From positions 58,838,001 through 58,902,000 of the forward strand of contig OX597818.1 in NCBI GenBank assembly GCA_951406725.2: a DNA stretch of 64,000 nt, in the 5' to 3' direction. The position numbers and the translations under genes were made by a program. How positions within the stretch are numbered: position 1 is the stretch's first letter; each line of letters opens with the position of its first letter. The notes under the pieces are model-generated. The model was not told the origin of the DNA. It saw only the letters and a program-made list of their open reading frames with translations, and did not search any database. Positions 13,381-27,293 of the stretch are shown here, piece by piece. The DNA is from Octopus vulgaris. Its lineage: Eukaryota.

Positions 13381-16300
13381 TTTTTAATAGATATTTCAAA
13401 TTAAGTGTTCACTTGTTTGCTTCAGGTATTCACGCAGCCAACGAAATATATCTTCATTGACCAGCTAAACTTGAGTAGGAGCAAGCAATTGGCGACAACT
13501 GTATGCATGTAGGTCGAAGAACGGAACAAGTGTGACTTTAGAATGCGTTCCAGCACGTTTCACTGTAGAACAGCAGCACTCTCTCTGTTGTGACATAAGC
13601 AATTAATTGCGGCACCGTTTTGAGATTTTTAGTGTGTTAACAGATGTTGAAGGCTAAAATATTTTCTGTTCCAAAAGAGAAACAAAATACGTTATTTGTT
13701 GTATGCTTCTCTATGTTTTTAAATCCTGCAAGAATCGAATATAAATACATTCAAACCCTTTTGGGATCACGCAGGCTTTAGTGTACAGTATTATATTAAG
13801 GGCACAACAGATGGCTTTTTTAACTATCTTTTTTTTCGGAAGCAATTTCATCGTCTATATTAATATGAAAATGAATTACTCGAAATAAATATATCTAAAA
13901 AATTGAGCAAAGCTTCATCTCGTTCCAGAGGTTCATGAGGCTAGTTTACCGGATTCCGTAGCGTATATACCACCACCGACTGGACGGGGTGCCGTTCGTC
14001 AAGGGATTACACATTTTTGGTAGCTGGACTTGAGCAACGTTAAATATAGTGTTTTCTTGAAGAACACAACGCATCGCCTGGCCCAGGGAATGTGTAGGCG
14101 ATGGGAATACATTATGTGTGTAATATTTTGTTAAATATAGTTTCTATTTAAATAACACAATTACTAATGTTAGGACTATAAATTATCTAGGTAGAATGTA
14201 CTGAAATAAAGAAAAAATCATTCTTACACATGGTATGACGTTATTAGAACATATACAAAACAGCAACCTGTGGGAATGTGACTGATTTTAAGTACAATTG
14301 TTCGCATCTTTATCACTGATATTTGACATATCTCGATATAACTGTTTTGTTATGAAAATCAAATAAAATATTGAATATGTGAAATATATATTTATATATA
14401 TCAGAACAATCGCTGGGAGAGATATATAGAACAGGAACACTGATTTTAATCATATAGTAAAACAGCATTTGAAAATATTTCACAATCAAATGCTATTGAA
14501 AGATGAGGCACCCTGTAGCTACATTCTATTAGCGGATACTGTACTTTCATAATAATATATTTTCATTCTGAACTACGTTCCTGATATGATATGAAATTAT
14601 GATAAAGAAAATTTATGAACAAAAATCAAATGAATCCATTATGCACGTAGAAACATTACATGCGATAACATTCAATATGTATCATATGAGAAAAGAAAAA
14701 CCTCTCCTCTAAATGTAATTTTTTGTAATTTAAAAATTCCCCGCAGATATACACAAAAATAACAAAATGTTTGTTCGTAAAATAGAGGTATCAGTATACA
14801 GATGCATAATTATACACATAAATTTAAACATAAATCCAATGTTTTAAATTTTACACTCATGAATATTTGAATAAATGTATTAACTGATAATGTATTATTT
14901 TTGAAGACAATAACCACGTTTATTAAGATTAGGTTTTAAAATAGAATTGTTAGCTAGTAAAATTAATCTCCACCGCATTTATGTATGCCGTTCTTCAGTA
15001 TACAAGTACATATAGAAGCTGTTACAGTATATAGTTTTCCGATGAAAATATGCAGAATTCGTTCTACAACGTATGTATTTGTAGACAAGATACATTGAAA
15101 TACAGCTATAGTCAAATAGAAAAAAGGATAATGAAGAAGGTAAGGAGCAAGAAGGAGATGAAGTAAATTATAATTGTAGATATATACACATATAAATTCT
15201 TTGGTGTGTTAAGATCGATCAATTAACAAATTGTTAAAATCTTAGCTTCAGTTGAAGCAAAAAATATTGTCTCGTATCATTCACACATGGCAGTGGGTTA
15301 ATTATATCGTTGATGTCGACTTTTAGTTAGACGTTTTCAAATATAAGCTTCGTCACTAATTCAGTACGCAACCAAAATGAATGCAGTTTTTTTTAGCCAA
15401 GATCTTCCGGTCATAAGCCAAGTTTCGAGATAAAAGTTTTGAAATTCAGTTCATTATCAGAAAAAGTTGCGTCAAAATTTGTGAAATCACAAAAGTAAGG
15501 TGAAAAATTGACTCTGAATCAAAATAATTCAGTTATTTTTTAAAGAAAATTACAAATTAATTGGATTTAAGAGGATGTGCTCATGGAGAAGTATCTTTTG
15601 GCGAAAAACTCGTTAAATATTATTAGCTGCGAAAAAAGTAGTGTGTAGCTTCTTTAATTGACGACAAAATTGTAAGTAGCCATCAGAACCACTCGGTTAT
15701 TGTAGAAGTAAACTATAGAAGAACAGTATGAAATGAATCATACGATGAAAAAAATTTGTTCGCTACAAAATGTGGTGCTGTTTTAAATGACGAAAAATTG
15801 ATTAATATAACAAAGCAGAATACTTTTGTCATTTGAAGACAATCAACCTTACAGATGATATGTTGTGCTGGTACAAAGCGCTTAACTGGAGATCGAGACG
15901 ACCGGTGTCAATACTTTGTAGCGGCTTGCTGGACACTTCTACTTTCTTCTCTTTTCGTAAAGGTATTTAGCTAATCTTCTAAGTTGTTTTCACAGCTATT
16001 CTTCTGTATTCGAGATTTACTTCAGATGAAAGAGATCTATGAGAAGAATTGTATGGTAAAAACCTCATCGAAAATATGAGCGACAAAATATTGTGTCCCT
16101 TTAAGTGATGAAGATGTTAATTTTAAGAAACCAGATTCAATTCTCTTTACGAGACATATAATATCATTTAAACTAGAATGAAGGAGTTCATCGAGTCGAA
16201 TATTTTAGAGAAAACACTGTCTAAAGATATTAATCATAAAAATAGTAAAATGGTATTTTGTAATTTCATATTAATTTTTACTATTCTGTTTATGTAATAT

Positions 16301-16794
16301 ATTGGTTTCACATTACGGTATAGTGTCGGAGGATGGATTAAATCGATCACAACAACCCCAGTACTGATCTGGTAGCTCACTTATCGAACACGAGTGTAAA
16401 GAATGGCGAAAAGACGGTATGCATTTTAACAGGCTTGCTAACCATTCTGCCAGTTCGCCGCCTTAATAATAAAAAAAAAAAAATTCGTATTAAGATAAAA
16501 AAAAAAACTCTCATTATTAAAAAAATTATTAATTATTCAATTAGAATATAAGATTATTCTGCAATTAAAATAATTTTAAAAAATATATATTTGCTATAAG
16601 GATGCTGCCATTAATGCTTTGCTTTCGGTGCAAACAAGATTTCAATGTTTGAGCAAAATCTTTATTTACACAATATTTACAATAATATCATTATTTTCAA
16701 TTATAAAGATAAATATTATTATAAAAACAGAAGCGTTGCCTGTAAGAAAAAAGTGTTCTATAATTATAATCGCGCACGCAGAATCCTATTTGTT

Positions 16795-17000
16795 GCTGTA
16801 GGCAGAAGGCCCGAAAATTTTGGAGAGTGGCCCAGTCGATTAAATCAACTCCAGTACGCCACTGGTTCTAAATTTATCGACCCCGGAAGGATGAAATGCA
16901 AAGCGGACCTCGGCGGAATTTGAACTCAGAACGTAGCGGTAGACGAAATACGGCTACGCATTTCGCCCGGCGTGCTAAATTTTCTGCCGGCTCACCGCCT
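16795..17000 (-). mobile_element. SINE family B
   Basis: Match to 1600-1770. Confidence 0.85.
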
Positions 17001-18215
17001 TAGAGCAAAAAAGTATTAAAATATTGCTGCTGAAGTTACAATTTAGTAAATAAAATTTCTGAAATTGTTAATTCGTGTGTCCATTCTTTCATTTTTAAAA
17101 AAAAATATTCTATTGTTTTTTTTGGCAATTTTTAAGTCAGTGTGTTTGATGTATAACATTTCTTTGGACTAATCTAAAACATTTCTTTTCTACTTTTAGT
17201 ATCATATTAATTTTCTAAAATTTTATATTTTTAAGAAAACTCATTATCAAAAAGTTTTAATTCACAGATTTTGCCTTATAGAATTACACAAGTGTAGAAT
17301 ATATGTAATTCCAAAGGGCAAAAAAAAAAAAAACAGTAAAAAGAATCTTTTTAATGAAACCAAAAAATGCATTATGAGATAAAGTATTTTCTATTTACAA
17401 TTATAAATGCATTTTTAAAAAAAAATGTAACCTAATGAACAAATTGAGTGCAAAATGTAAAAATGATTCTCTTGATTAAAAAAGTAAATCTTAGTTGTTA
17501 TTATTGTCAAGTTTGCTTAAATTGCTCGTATGTGATATTTTAAATCTATATATTTGTAAAATCAAATTTTAATGTGTAAACTTACAGACATTCAGTTTTT
17601 CCACTAAGATTGAAAATAAATAGCTTTTTGAGAATATTAAGTTAAAATTTTAAATAACTAAAATATAAAAATAAAAGGACATTTAATACTATCTAATGTT
17701 TAAATTCTAACTTCATCAAGAATATTATAAATTCTTTTCTTCTTGTTCTGTAATTTTCAATGCTTAATTGCTGCTAGAATATTCTAGAATTTACGGATGT
17801 TGTAGTGGTCTGCGCCCGCACTTTTTCATTCCAGTATATATTAATGAGCAGCTCTCAGATCATTAGGAGTCCAATTTATATCAAGTTAGATTAGTATTTT
17901 ACAAAAGGGATGTGATTTTGCAATTGCGAGAGAGGGTAAGCTGATGCTATCGATTCCCAATATTCAACTCTTATCGCACCGAAAGGTTGAAAAGCGAAGT
18001 TGAGATGGACGGGATTCCAAATCGGAAAGAAAAGACCCGGGATAAATGCTGCAGGGTACTATTTCTTTGATACACCTAACAAATATTCCAGAGCGGCGAG
18101 GTAGATAAAAAACGATACATCTTCATTTAATTTTAAAGAAGCTAAGTACTACAGAACTACTTAGCTACGCAGATTATAATATTAAATACAATTTCTAACT
18201 TTCTACAGGACATAC

Positions 18216-18268
<53 letters not shown>

Positions 18269-18312
18269 GTTATTGTTATTATTATTATTGTTATTGTTAT
18301 TATTATTATTAT

Positions 18313-18830
18313 TGAATGAGAGAGCAGTGCATACAATCAAAGTGACACTGGGGTAAAATATACGAAGACCAGCATACCCATCATGATTACCCGTCTGATA
18401 AGGGTACACCAGGCACATACACCACAGACATGTGTGCGCGACATGTTGATCTCGTATCAAGATAAACAGCACATGACCTTGCAGGTGGGGCCCAGTTAGA
18501 ATTTTCTTCTGGTCGATTAATCCATCCCGCTCAAAAGGTCCCTGAATAAGGGTTGTTTGAGGATTTTGAACGAAACCACCCATGTTTCCAAAGGTGAAAC
18601 ATCGAAATCTCTAAGGATTCCTTTCAACAAACGGCTATGATTCCCGTCCACTACTTCTGCTCGTGATCAGAGATGCACATATCGTCAGCCACTAAGGGAC
18701 ACGCTCAACTGGTTAAGGTCAAACAACTGACAAGCAAACCTGTGGTATTGAGCAGAATATTTGCTGTAGCCCATCTTATATGCCAAGACAAAACAATGTA
18801 CATGATAACACTTCCAATCAGTTAAGATCA
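18313..18830 (-). mobile_element. ~520-bp non-coding interspersed element embedded in (TAA)n/(TTC)n
   Basis: Reverse-complement homologue of 26745-27263; both copies are flanked by trinucleotide microsatellites. Confidence 0.75.
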
Positions 18831-18862
<32 letters not shown>

Positions 18863-18874
18863 CTTCTTCTTCTT

Positions 18875-18950
<76 letters not shown>

Positions 18951-18971
18951 GTAGTAGTAGTAGTAGTAGTG

Positions 18972-19018
<47 letters not shown>

Positions 19019-19022
19019 TCTA

Positions 19023-19188
19023 AGCGGGGAGCTGACAGAATCGTTAGCACACCGGACAAAATGCATTTCGCTCGTCACTACGTTCTGATTTCATATACTG
19101 CCAAGGTCGAAGTTGCCTTTTATCCTTTCGGGGTCGATAAATTAAGTACCAGTTGAACATTGGTCGATAAATTAAGTACCAGTTGAAC
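19023..19188 (+). mobile_element. SINE family B, partial, with a 30-bp tandem duplication
   Basis: GGTCGATAAATTAAGTACCAGTTGAAC occurs twice. Confidence 0.75.
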
Positions 19189-19338
19189 CCGCCAATTTTG
19201 CTTTTCATCCTTCGACTCCCGATGAATTATGTGTCCGTTGTACACAAGGGTCGTTGTAACCGACTAGCGCATTTCCCAAAAATACATTAGGCCCTTTGTA
19301 TATACTAGAAAGGGTTATAATTATTATCATTGCTGATT

Positions 19339-19720
19339 TCAAATTACCCCGAGGTCGACTCTGCCTTTCATCCTTTCGGGGTCGATGAATTAAGTACCAG
19401 CTGTGTAATTGGGTCGATCTAATCTATTTCTTTACTACCCACAAGGGGCCAAACACAGAGGGGATAAACAAGGACAGACAAACGGATTAAGTCGATTACA
19501 TCGACCCCAGTGCGTAACTGGTACTTTATTTATCGACCCCGGAAGGATGAAAGGCAAAGTCGACCTCGGCGGAATTTGAACTCAGAACGTAACGGCGGAC
19601 GAAATACGACTACGCATTTCGCCCGGCGTGCTAACGTTTCTGCCAGCTCACCGCCTTGGGTCGATCTAATCGACTGTCCCTTCCCCCAAAATTTCGGGCC
19701 TTGTGCCTAGAGTAGAAAAG
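19339..19720 (+). mobile_element. SINE family B host copy interrupted by an antisense family B copy (19425-19655)
   Basis: 16-bp TSD TTGGGTCGATCTAATC at 19409-19424 and 19656-19671. Confidence 0.85.
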
Positions 19721-20268
19721 ATTATTAATAGCATCATATACGGAAAAGTCAGCACGGTGTAAAAAATCGATTTCCTTATAATTTTACCGGTTGTACTTTT
19801 GTAGAAAATTTTAATTATTTCCTCAGAAATGGAACTCCTACAATTTACGATATGGTATTTTCATCCATTTTCTTCCTTTTTCTTACTTAACTGAGACTGA
19901 TTTGGCTACGTTTTGATATAGGATTTGATTCGAAATTATAATTATTTAGAGATTCCATAAAATGAGCGGGAAGATACAAAGTTATCAAATTATTTTTTAT
20001 AAAATTTTATGTCTGAAATATTCCTTCAATTAGCCTGCTACATATACGTAAATTTCTTGACAGTGTTTCGATTTGAAACCGTGTATTTATTGTCTAGATA
20101 TTCGCAATCGGTTGCGTTTTAATGTCGCTGAAGCTGACTTTTTTCTTTTATCGTTGCGGATTGATATACTAAGTACTAGCCGAGTTAATCGGCTCGGCTT
20201 CCCATAAATCTGCTAACCTTGTGCCAAAAATGGAACCAATTAATTTGTCCCTCTTATTCTTTGAAGTA

Positions 20269-20570
20269 TGGAAGCACATGGCCTAGTGTGTAAGAACAGC
20301 GGACTCGCGGTCGAGGGATCGCGGATTTGAATCTCAGACCGGGTGATGTGTGTGTTTATGAACGAAACACCTAAGGTCCATGCAGCTCCGGCAGAAGGTA
20401 ATGGCGAACTTTTGCTGACTTTTTCACCACAACATTCTCCCAATTTTTCCTCCTGCATCTTGCAGCTCACCTGCGATGGACCGGCGTCACGTCCAGGTGG
20501 GGAACATATACGCCAAGGAAACCGGGAAGCCGACCCTATGAGCCAGGGATGGCTCGAGAAGGAACAAACA
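20269..20570 (+). mobile_element. SINE family C variant
   Basis: TGGAAGCACATGGCCTAGTG..CAGCGGACTCGCGGTCG..CAGACCGGG. Confidence 0.75.
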
Positions 20571-23010
20571 ATTCTTCGAAGTAGAAATTAACAGAGAAGT
20601 TTTGTATATTGTCCTCTATTGCATTCCGATGCATGCCAAGAATTTCAAGACTTGTCCTGGGTGTTTGATGCTTTTGCATAGAAGATTTAAACATATTCAA
20701 CACATTTTATCTAATCTAGCTTCTATAATGGGCTAGGAGATTTAAATTAGAAGTGAAGCGGTTCGCGAATATATGCTGCGACTTCCTTTAAAACTGCCAA
20801 ACAGTTGAAGCTTGTGCTTAGTCTTCAGAGCATTTATGCTTGAACTCAATTTACATGAAAAAATTATTCTTTATATTTTATTCACTTATATCAATAAAAA
20901 CTGTACAGAAATACAAGGGATTAACTTACCTTATCTCAGTTATTTAAATAGCAATCATTCATTTTCACCTGGAATCTTTTATTGAATTTATTTGTTATAT
21001 ATTTTATATTTTTATATGAATGAATCAGCTGCAATACTGGCAGAGAATATCTTGCTCTGTGAATAGAGAAACAAAACACCACATTAATGCAACGCAAGCG
21101 GGAGATTAATAAGAATGATAAACGATAAATGAAATGCTATAAGGAATTCCCTTGTTCCTCAACTTTTCTATACGAGTATGTCTCCCATGAACAGATCATC
21201 TCAACTTAACCATAATCGATACAAATTGTTACAGACAAAATATAAATCACTCGCTCTGCAGATTAAGTACAATCGACATCACAATAAATGAACCTATTTA
21301 AAGAAAGTTCATCAATTTAACCAGGATTTGAGAATGCGTATGGAAGTGGGTAGTGTTAAAATCAGACCGCGAATTAATAATATGATTAAAACTGAGAATG
21401 TTTTGTTTAAGCTGAGGTTGAAATCGCAGGGTGACAAGAGACAAAGTGATACAAATAATTATAGCTAGAAGAAATAAATATCTTACAAAAGAAAGGTGCA
21501 AGAAATTTGTGTGTGAGATCTAGAGAAGAGGCAGACAAATATGAAAATGTGATCTTAATGCTAGAAATGACAGATAGTAGAATATGTTTCTGCTGTAACC
21601 GATAGCTTTAAACTGATGAATTGGTACGTAGATATACTGAAGGACTTGGACAAAAAGAATAAAATTAACTTCGACGACGGAAAATGCAGTAACTGATACC
21701 AATATAGAATAGTGAGCAATTTAATAAATGTGTTTACTAGACAAAAATAAGTAGATTCTAAGCAATAGAAGCTGAGTAGATGAAAAAGAATCACAAAGAA
21801 AATATAAAACGCATTTCTACCTCTAGCAGGCAATAAATCCAAACTTAAACGAGAATGGAAGAGAGAGAAAGTCAGAACATACTTCCTGAGTATACTTATG
21901 AAATTACTGATTGCAATCCACTGAATGACCAAATGATTGCACAATTTCTGAGGAATTATATAAAGCAAACTGAAAAAGAAGTCTGAAAACGAAAATATAA
22001 TTTCTCATTGTAAGAGCAGGAGATTACTAGCTGATGATAACATAAAAATAGAATAATGAAGAAGCGGTTGATATCAAGTGCAGAACATTTTAGCAACGCA
22101 ATGAGATAAATGATGACAAATCACTTTTCACTGTCCAGTACTTTGAGTGAGTGTATCTATAAATACGATTGTGTTTCCAGCTATTTCTGTTAGATAATGT
22201 GACCTTTGCTGCACTAATCAAGGAAAAACCTTTCCAGATTATCAATGGTATCAAAATAGTCTTTAAGGATGTAATTATTAGCAAAACGAACGTAAGATCC
22301 TCCAGTCCGACAAACATTTTGATAATCTATTCTTGAAGATGTCACCAGCAAGGAAATTGAGAAACCAATTAAATAAATGCATCTTAAGTGACTTACAATG
22401 GAATTGAGCTCCGTAAGTAGTAAGGAAGTAGTAGTCTGTGTATAATATGTTAGGACCCTATGATAACGGGGACAAGAAGAAAAAGTGGACGATAAAGAGT
22501 TTCAAAGATCTAAACAAACATATCATTATGCCTGCTGGCGTAATTCTCCAGGCCACACGAGTGTTTTTCAGTTCGATAGCACAACTCGCATTATATATTA
22601 TCTGCAGTTCAGAAGCCTACCATCTTCGGTTGCTTTGCCGTTTAACGCAGACGACATACTCGACAGATGTGTAGTAGTTTGTCGTCTGCAGCTAAAATAC
22701 TTGAATGATATAATCTTGCAAGAAGTGTTATAGAGTAATCTCCCTTTAGTAAATTTCACGTAAGATTATATTTCCTTAGAAGTAATTCTTAATTATTCAA
22801 GAAGCTTCGCGTTTCTCTTGGAAGTTTCTAAAATGTCTAGCGTTCCAATAATAGAAACAGTTTGCTTACCCAGCTCTTTTCTTCTTTGTCGATTAGACTC
22901 AGAGCCATTCACGTTGTTGCTATGTCTATCTAGTTCTCTATGCGACATTACTAAAAAAACACACTATTTAGCTGCTATTTCTACATTTCTGAACTTTCTT
23001 GCATAGATTA

Positions 23011-25242
23011 CACAATGTAACACATGTTTTGTTTATTTGTATTTTTATAATGTTCATATATGCAATTTTTGTCACTAAATTAAAAAATCACATTCGATTT
23101 GACGTAACATCGATAGTTATTTATTTATTTATTCCTAATTTCATAATTGCTCGTTATATTTGTAACTGTCCTCTACAGCACTTTGTTGGTTCAATCTATT
23201 CTAGTATTGTAAGGATAATTGCACTACATTTAGTACTTTTTCGTATATTGAAATGTATTTAGGAAGTATAATATTAGTTAGAACAAAAAGAAACAATAAA
23301 ACTCTGCACTGTAAATGCATTGATTACTCTTTCCTTAAGATGAGAAGTGCTTTGACGATCGAGATATTCTGGAGTGTATATCTGCATCTCTTCTGATTAG
23401 GGACCATATATAATCTCCCATCATAGCAGTATCCTATCATCCTTGGTATCTTTCCATGGTTGCGATGTCCTGATGATATCTTTCACCATGCTCCTCACTG
23501 ACATCACCCAAGTTTTCGGGGAAAAAATCTAGGTGAGAGTGCAAAATATGAACCTTTCAGGACATACGACAACACATTTTCTTGAAGTTTTCAATAAGAT
23601 TTGCTACAAGCTGTTTGTAATTAGGATCCTTGTGATTTCCTAGAAATCCACTAACTACATCACGAAATGCACACCAAGCTTCTTTTTCAACTTTTGTCAT
23701 CGCACTTTCCAGTTTCTTCGACTTTAACATTGCATTTACTTGGGGCCCAACAAATATGACACCCTTGATCTTAACCTCAGATAGCTTTGGAAACAGAAGA
23801 CAACTTTCTTGAAAAGCTTCTCCTCTAAAATCTAAGGCCTTCAAAACTGTTTTTCCAATCCGAGTTTGATATGAAGTGGGAGCAATAAGATTTTGTTGGA
23901 ATCTACTAGAGGCTGTTTGAGAATATTTAACATTCCTGGCTGCAGTTCCACTCGTGGGGGCCAATGTACTCTCTTGTAATGATGATCATCAGCTCTGCTG
24001 TTCCATAAGCAACGGAAACATGAATACTTTGTGAATCCCCCTTGCAAGTCAAGCAAGAAGGCAAGCATCTTGAAATCACCACAAACATCCCACCTAAACT
24101 CTGCGTAATAATATTTTGTCGACAAGTTCTTTGACATTATCGTAATTTTCTTTCTTCTGTATGGAGTGTGCAAGAATCAAAGAAGGATATTTATTTCCAT
24201 TGTGGAGCAACACTGCTTTGAGACTTCGTGTTGAGCTATCTATGAGCAGTTGCCATCCAGCAGAATCATGCTTGCATCCAATAGCAATAAGCAAACCAAT
24301 CACTTCTTTACAATAACACAGATCATTAATATTTTCATAGTAAATTTCAAATTCTTCATGGCGTTTCCGGTACACAGATGTCTTGCAGTCTTCCCCCAGT
24401 AGATTCTATTCCTTTAACCTTGATGAAAGACGTTCGGCTGCTAACTTAGTAAGACACGATCCCTGATTAAATCATCTAGCTCACTCTGTTTTGGAAAGTG
24501 AAGCTCCGAAGTCGTTCTTGGTACGAAAGCTTCTTCCATTTCTTGGCTGTTGCTACTTGTTGATTCTTCAGGGGAAATATGTTCTGATGGTTGTGGCACT
24601 CATAAACTGTCATCATGTGGGACAGGTGCTCTAGATGATGGTATGTTTGGATGCTGAAGAGCTTGTCTTCCTTCCACTTTTCTGTATTTTGTCAGATCGA
24701 TCATACAAAAGAGACAGTCATCGTGATGGTTCTTTGGCTCTCTCCATACCCTTGGAATGGCAAAAGGCATTGACCGTCTTGTACCTTCTAGAGTAACCGT
24801 CCTTCTAGAGTAAATCGATAGCTTCCACATATCACATGTGGGGCCCATGGTTGTCCTGGTCACTCATGGACATTCCGAAATAGAGTTTGTAAGCTATCCA
24901 CAATTTGGCACCTTTCACGATCTTATGTAATACCTGCTTTTTTCCAATATAATAACCACTCACAAAGCAAAATGTATCTGGAGAATTTTTACATACTCTA
25001 GTACCCATCCTGAAAGTAGCAGAACTTAGTATTTAGTCTGAAAGAGAAAATTAGACATACATTTAGTAGCGGAACATTATAACAATACCGAATATATAAT
25101 AACATTGAAAGTCGATATATTTTTTTAACTGTTGAGGATACGCAAAAATTAATTTCATTTTTGGAATCAGCAGAAAATTGGATTGATAAACAATAAAAAA
25201 AATACAATAAGCAAATTTTCTTTTGGAAATTGTTACATTGTG
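23011..25242 (-). mobile_element. Complete decayed Chapaev3-like (CMC superfamily) DNA transposon
   Basis: Terminal inverted repeat (TIR) CACAATGTAACA at 23011 / TGTTACATTGTG ending at 25242, with TTA on both sides. Transposase motifs WREPKNHHDDCLFC, IDSSTRSLKAVLLHNGNKYPS, CGDFKM..GGFTKYSCFRCLW, PLHIKLGL, FVGPQ, LHSHLDFFPENLGDVSEEHGERYHQDI. Confidence 0.85.
23390..24995 (-). pseudogene. Frameshifted transposase of the Chapaev3-like element
   Basis: Conserved motifs are split across ORFs 24600-24863, 24094-24375, 23841-24173 and 23557-23964. Confidence 0.85.
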
Positions 25243-25619
25243 TTATTTCATTCAATTAGTTGCTACATTTTGATTATGTTTCATCGACAACCAGTGAATA
25301 AAATATATTTTATGTTATAAATATATATTTCCTAAATTTAATCTTCTCTGTAAGAATTCTACTAATAAGATACATGCAGCCTTTCTAAATCTATATTCAC
25401 GCTACAGATGTAATATCAAATAATATAATAATACTACACACTAGCAATATGATACTCTATGCAAGAGATATCCACTAAAATAACTTCCCAAAAATATACA
25501 CATCCACCAAGAAAATAAAAGCTGCTTATCCTCCAAACACGAGACCCTATTTCCAAACAATCTTGCACAAAGTTGAACGACACAACTTGCAGTTATTGCC
25601 TCTTTATGAATATTCACAA

Positions 25620-25805
25620 TGGAACATGGCCTGAAATTTTGGGGGCAGGTCTATCGATTTCATCGATCTCAGTACACAACTGGTACTTAATTTATCGACC
25701 TCTGAGGGGATGCAAAGTAAAGTCGACCTCGGTGGAATTTGAACCGAGAACGTAAAAGACGGACGAAATTTCGGCGTGCAAAGGATTCCGCTAGCTCGCT
25801 ACCTT
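25620..25805 (-). mobile_element. SINE family B, diverged
   Basis: CTGGTACTTAATTTATCGACC...GTCGACCTCGGTGGAATTTGAAC. Confidence 0.75.
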
Positions 25806-25879
25806 AATATTAACAACAACAACAGCACCAACAGGACAACAACAACATCATCATCAACAACAATAATAGTAATAACAGG

Positions 25880-26172
25880 TGTCAAGGTTTGATAAAAAAA
25901 ATGGTATGTTAGAAACATCTAGATTAGATCCCAGGATAACCATGTCTCAGAGAAATCCAAAAGAGTGTGCTGACAAGTACTGCTCACATCCTTAGAAAAA
26001 TCCTATCCATTTACATGTATGTGTTGTATTACATGAATGTATTTCAATACGTACCCTCCCCAAGCTTTCAATCATACTGCAACATCGCTTATCCTTCACT
26101 CACCCTAGGACGCTGGGTATGTCTCGGCAAGTAGCTGTAACAAAGTTGCAGATGAAAACTAAAACAAGAAAA
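25880..26172 (+). mobile_element. 3' end of a second R4/Dong-like LINE family
   Basis: IPG*PCLREIQKSVLTSTAHILRKILSI parallels IQKIALLGTAHILRRTLSI; ends in (TAA)n. Confidence 0.7.
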
Positions 26173-26429
26173 TAATAATAATAATAATCATAATAATAAT
26201 AATAAATCACACGTATTGAGAAGAGCATTGTCGATGATCACACGTATTGAGAAGAGCATTGTCGATGTGAGAACTGTTGCTGCTCATGTATTTTAATTTA
26301 ACTTTAAAAATAAAAAAAATGAACGAACTACTGAGTTTGGTTTAATGGCCTACCAATGAGTTTCTTTGCCCTAGGAGTCGGGAAGACACTCGGCAAGAAA
26401 TGGAAGCAAATTTGAAAGAAGAAAAAAAA

Positions 26430-26484
<55 letters not shown>

Positions 26485-26595
26485 TAATAATAATAATAAT
26501 GGGAATGCATACAATGCTTTTCTCTGCCCTAGGTGTATGGAAAACACTCGGCGAGAAACGGAAGAAAATTTGAAGAAAGAAGGAAAAAACATAAT

Positions 26596-26630
<35 letters not shown>

Positions 26631-26744
26631 TAATAATAATAATAATGATAATAATAATAATAATAATAACAATAATAATGATAATAATAATAATGATAAT
26701 AATAATAATGATAATAATAATAATGATAATAATAATAATAATGA

Positions 26745-27262
26745 AGTACCAAGCAGTGTTTCTCGTGGCTTCTGATCTTAACTGATTGGAAGTGTTATCA
26801 TGTACATTGTTTTGTCTTGGTATAAAAGATGGGCTACAGCAAATATTCTGCTCAATACCACAGATTTGCTGGTCAGTTGTTTGACCTTTACCAGTTGAGT
26901 ACGTCCCTTAATGGCTGACGATATGTGCATCTCTGATCACGAGCAGAAGTAGTGGGGGAGCATCATAGCTATGTGTTGAGAGGGATTCTTGAAGGTTTGG
27001 ATCATTCAACATCCTTAAACAACCCTTATTCAGGGACCTTTTGAGCGGGATGGGCTCCTCGACGAGAGGAAAATTCTAACTAGGCTGCACCTACAAGTTC
27101 ATGCGCTGTTTATCTTGATGTGAGATCACCACGTCGCGCACATATGGTTGTGATGCATGAACCTGGTGTAACCTTATCAGACGGGTAGTCACGATGGGTA
27201 TACTGTGCATCGTATATTTTACCCCAGTGTCACTTTGATGGCATTCACTACTCTCTCACTTA

Positions 27263-27263
<1 letters not shown>
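26745..27263 (+). mobile_element. ~520-bp (TAA)n-embedded element
   Basis: Homologue of 18313-18830; (TAA)n on both sides. Confidence 0.75.

Positions 27264-27293
<30 letters not shown>

Noticed and set aside
15290-16150. Possible old Tc1/mariner-like relic
   Set aside because: The terminus looks transposon-like, but I could not identify a matching TIR or a clear catalytic motif.
26206-26267. 31-bp exact tandem duplication
   Set aside because: Real, but an ordinary slippage-type duplication with no further structure.
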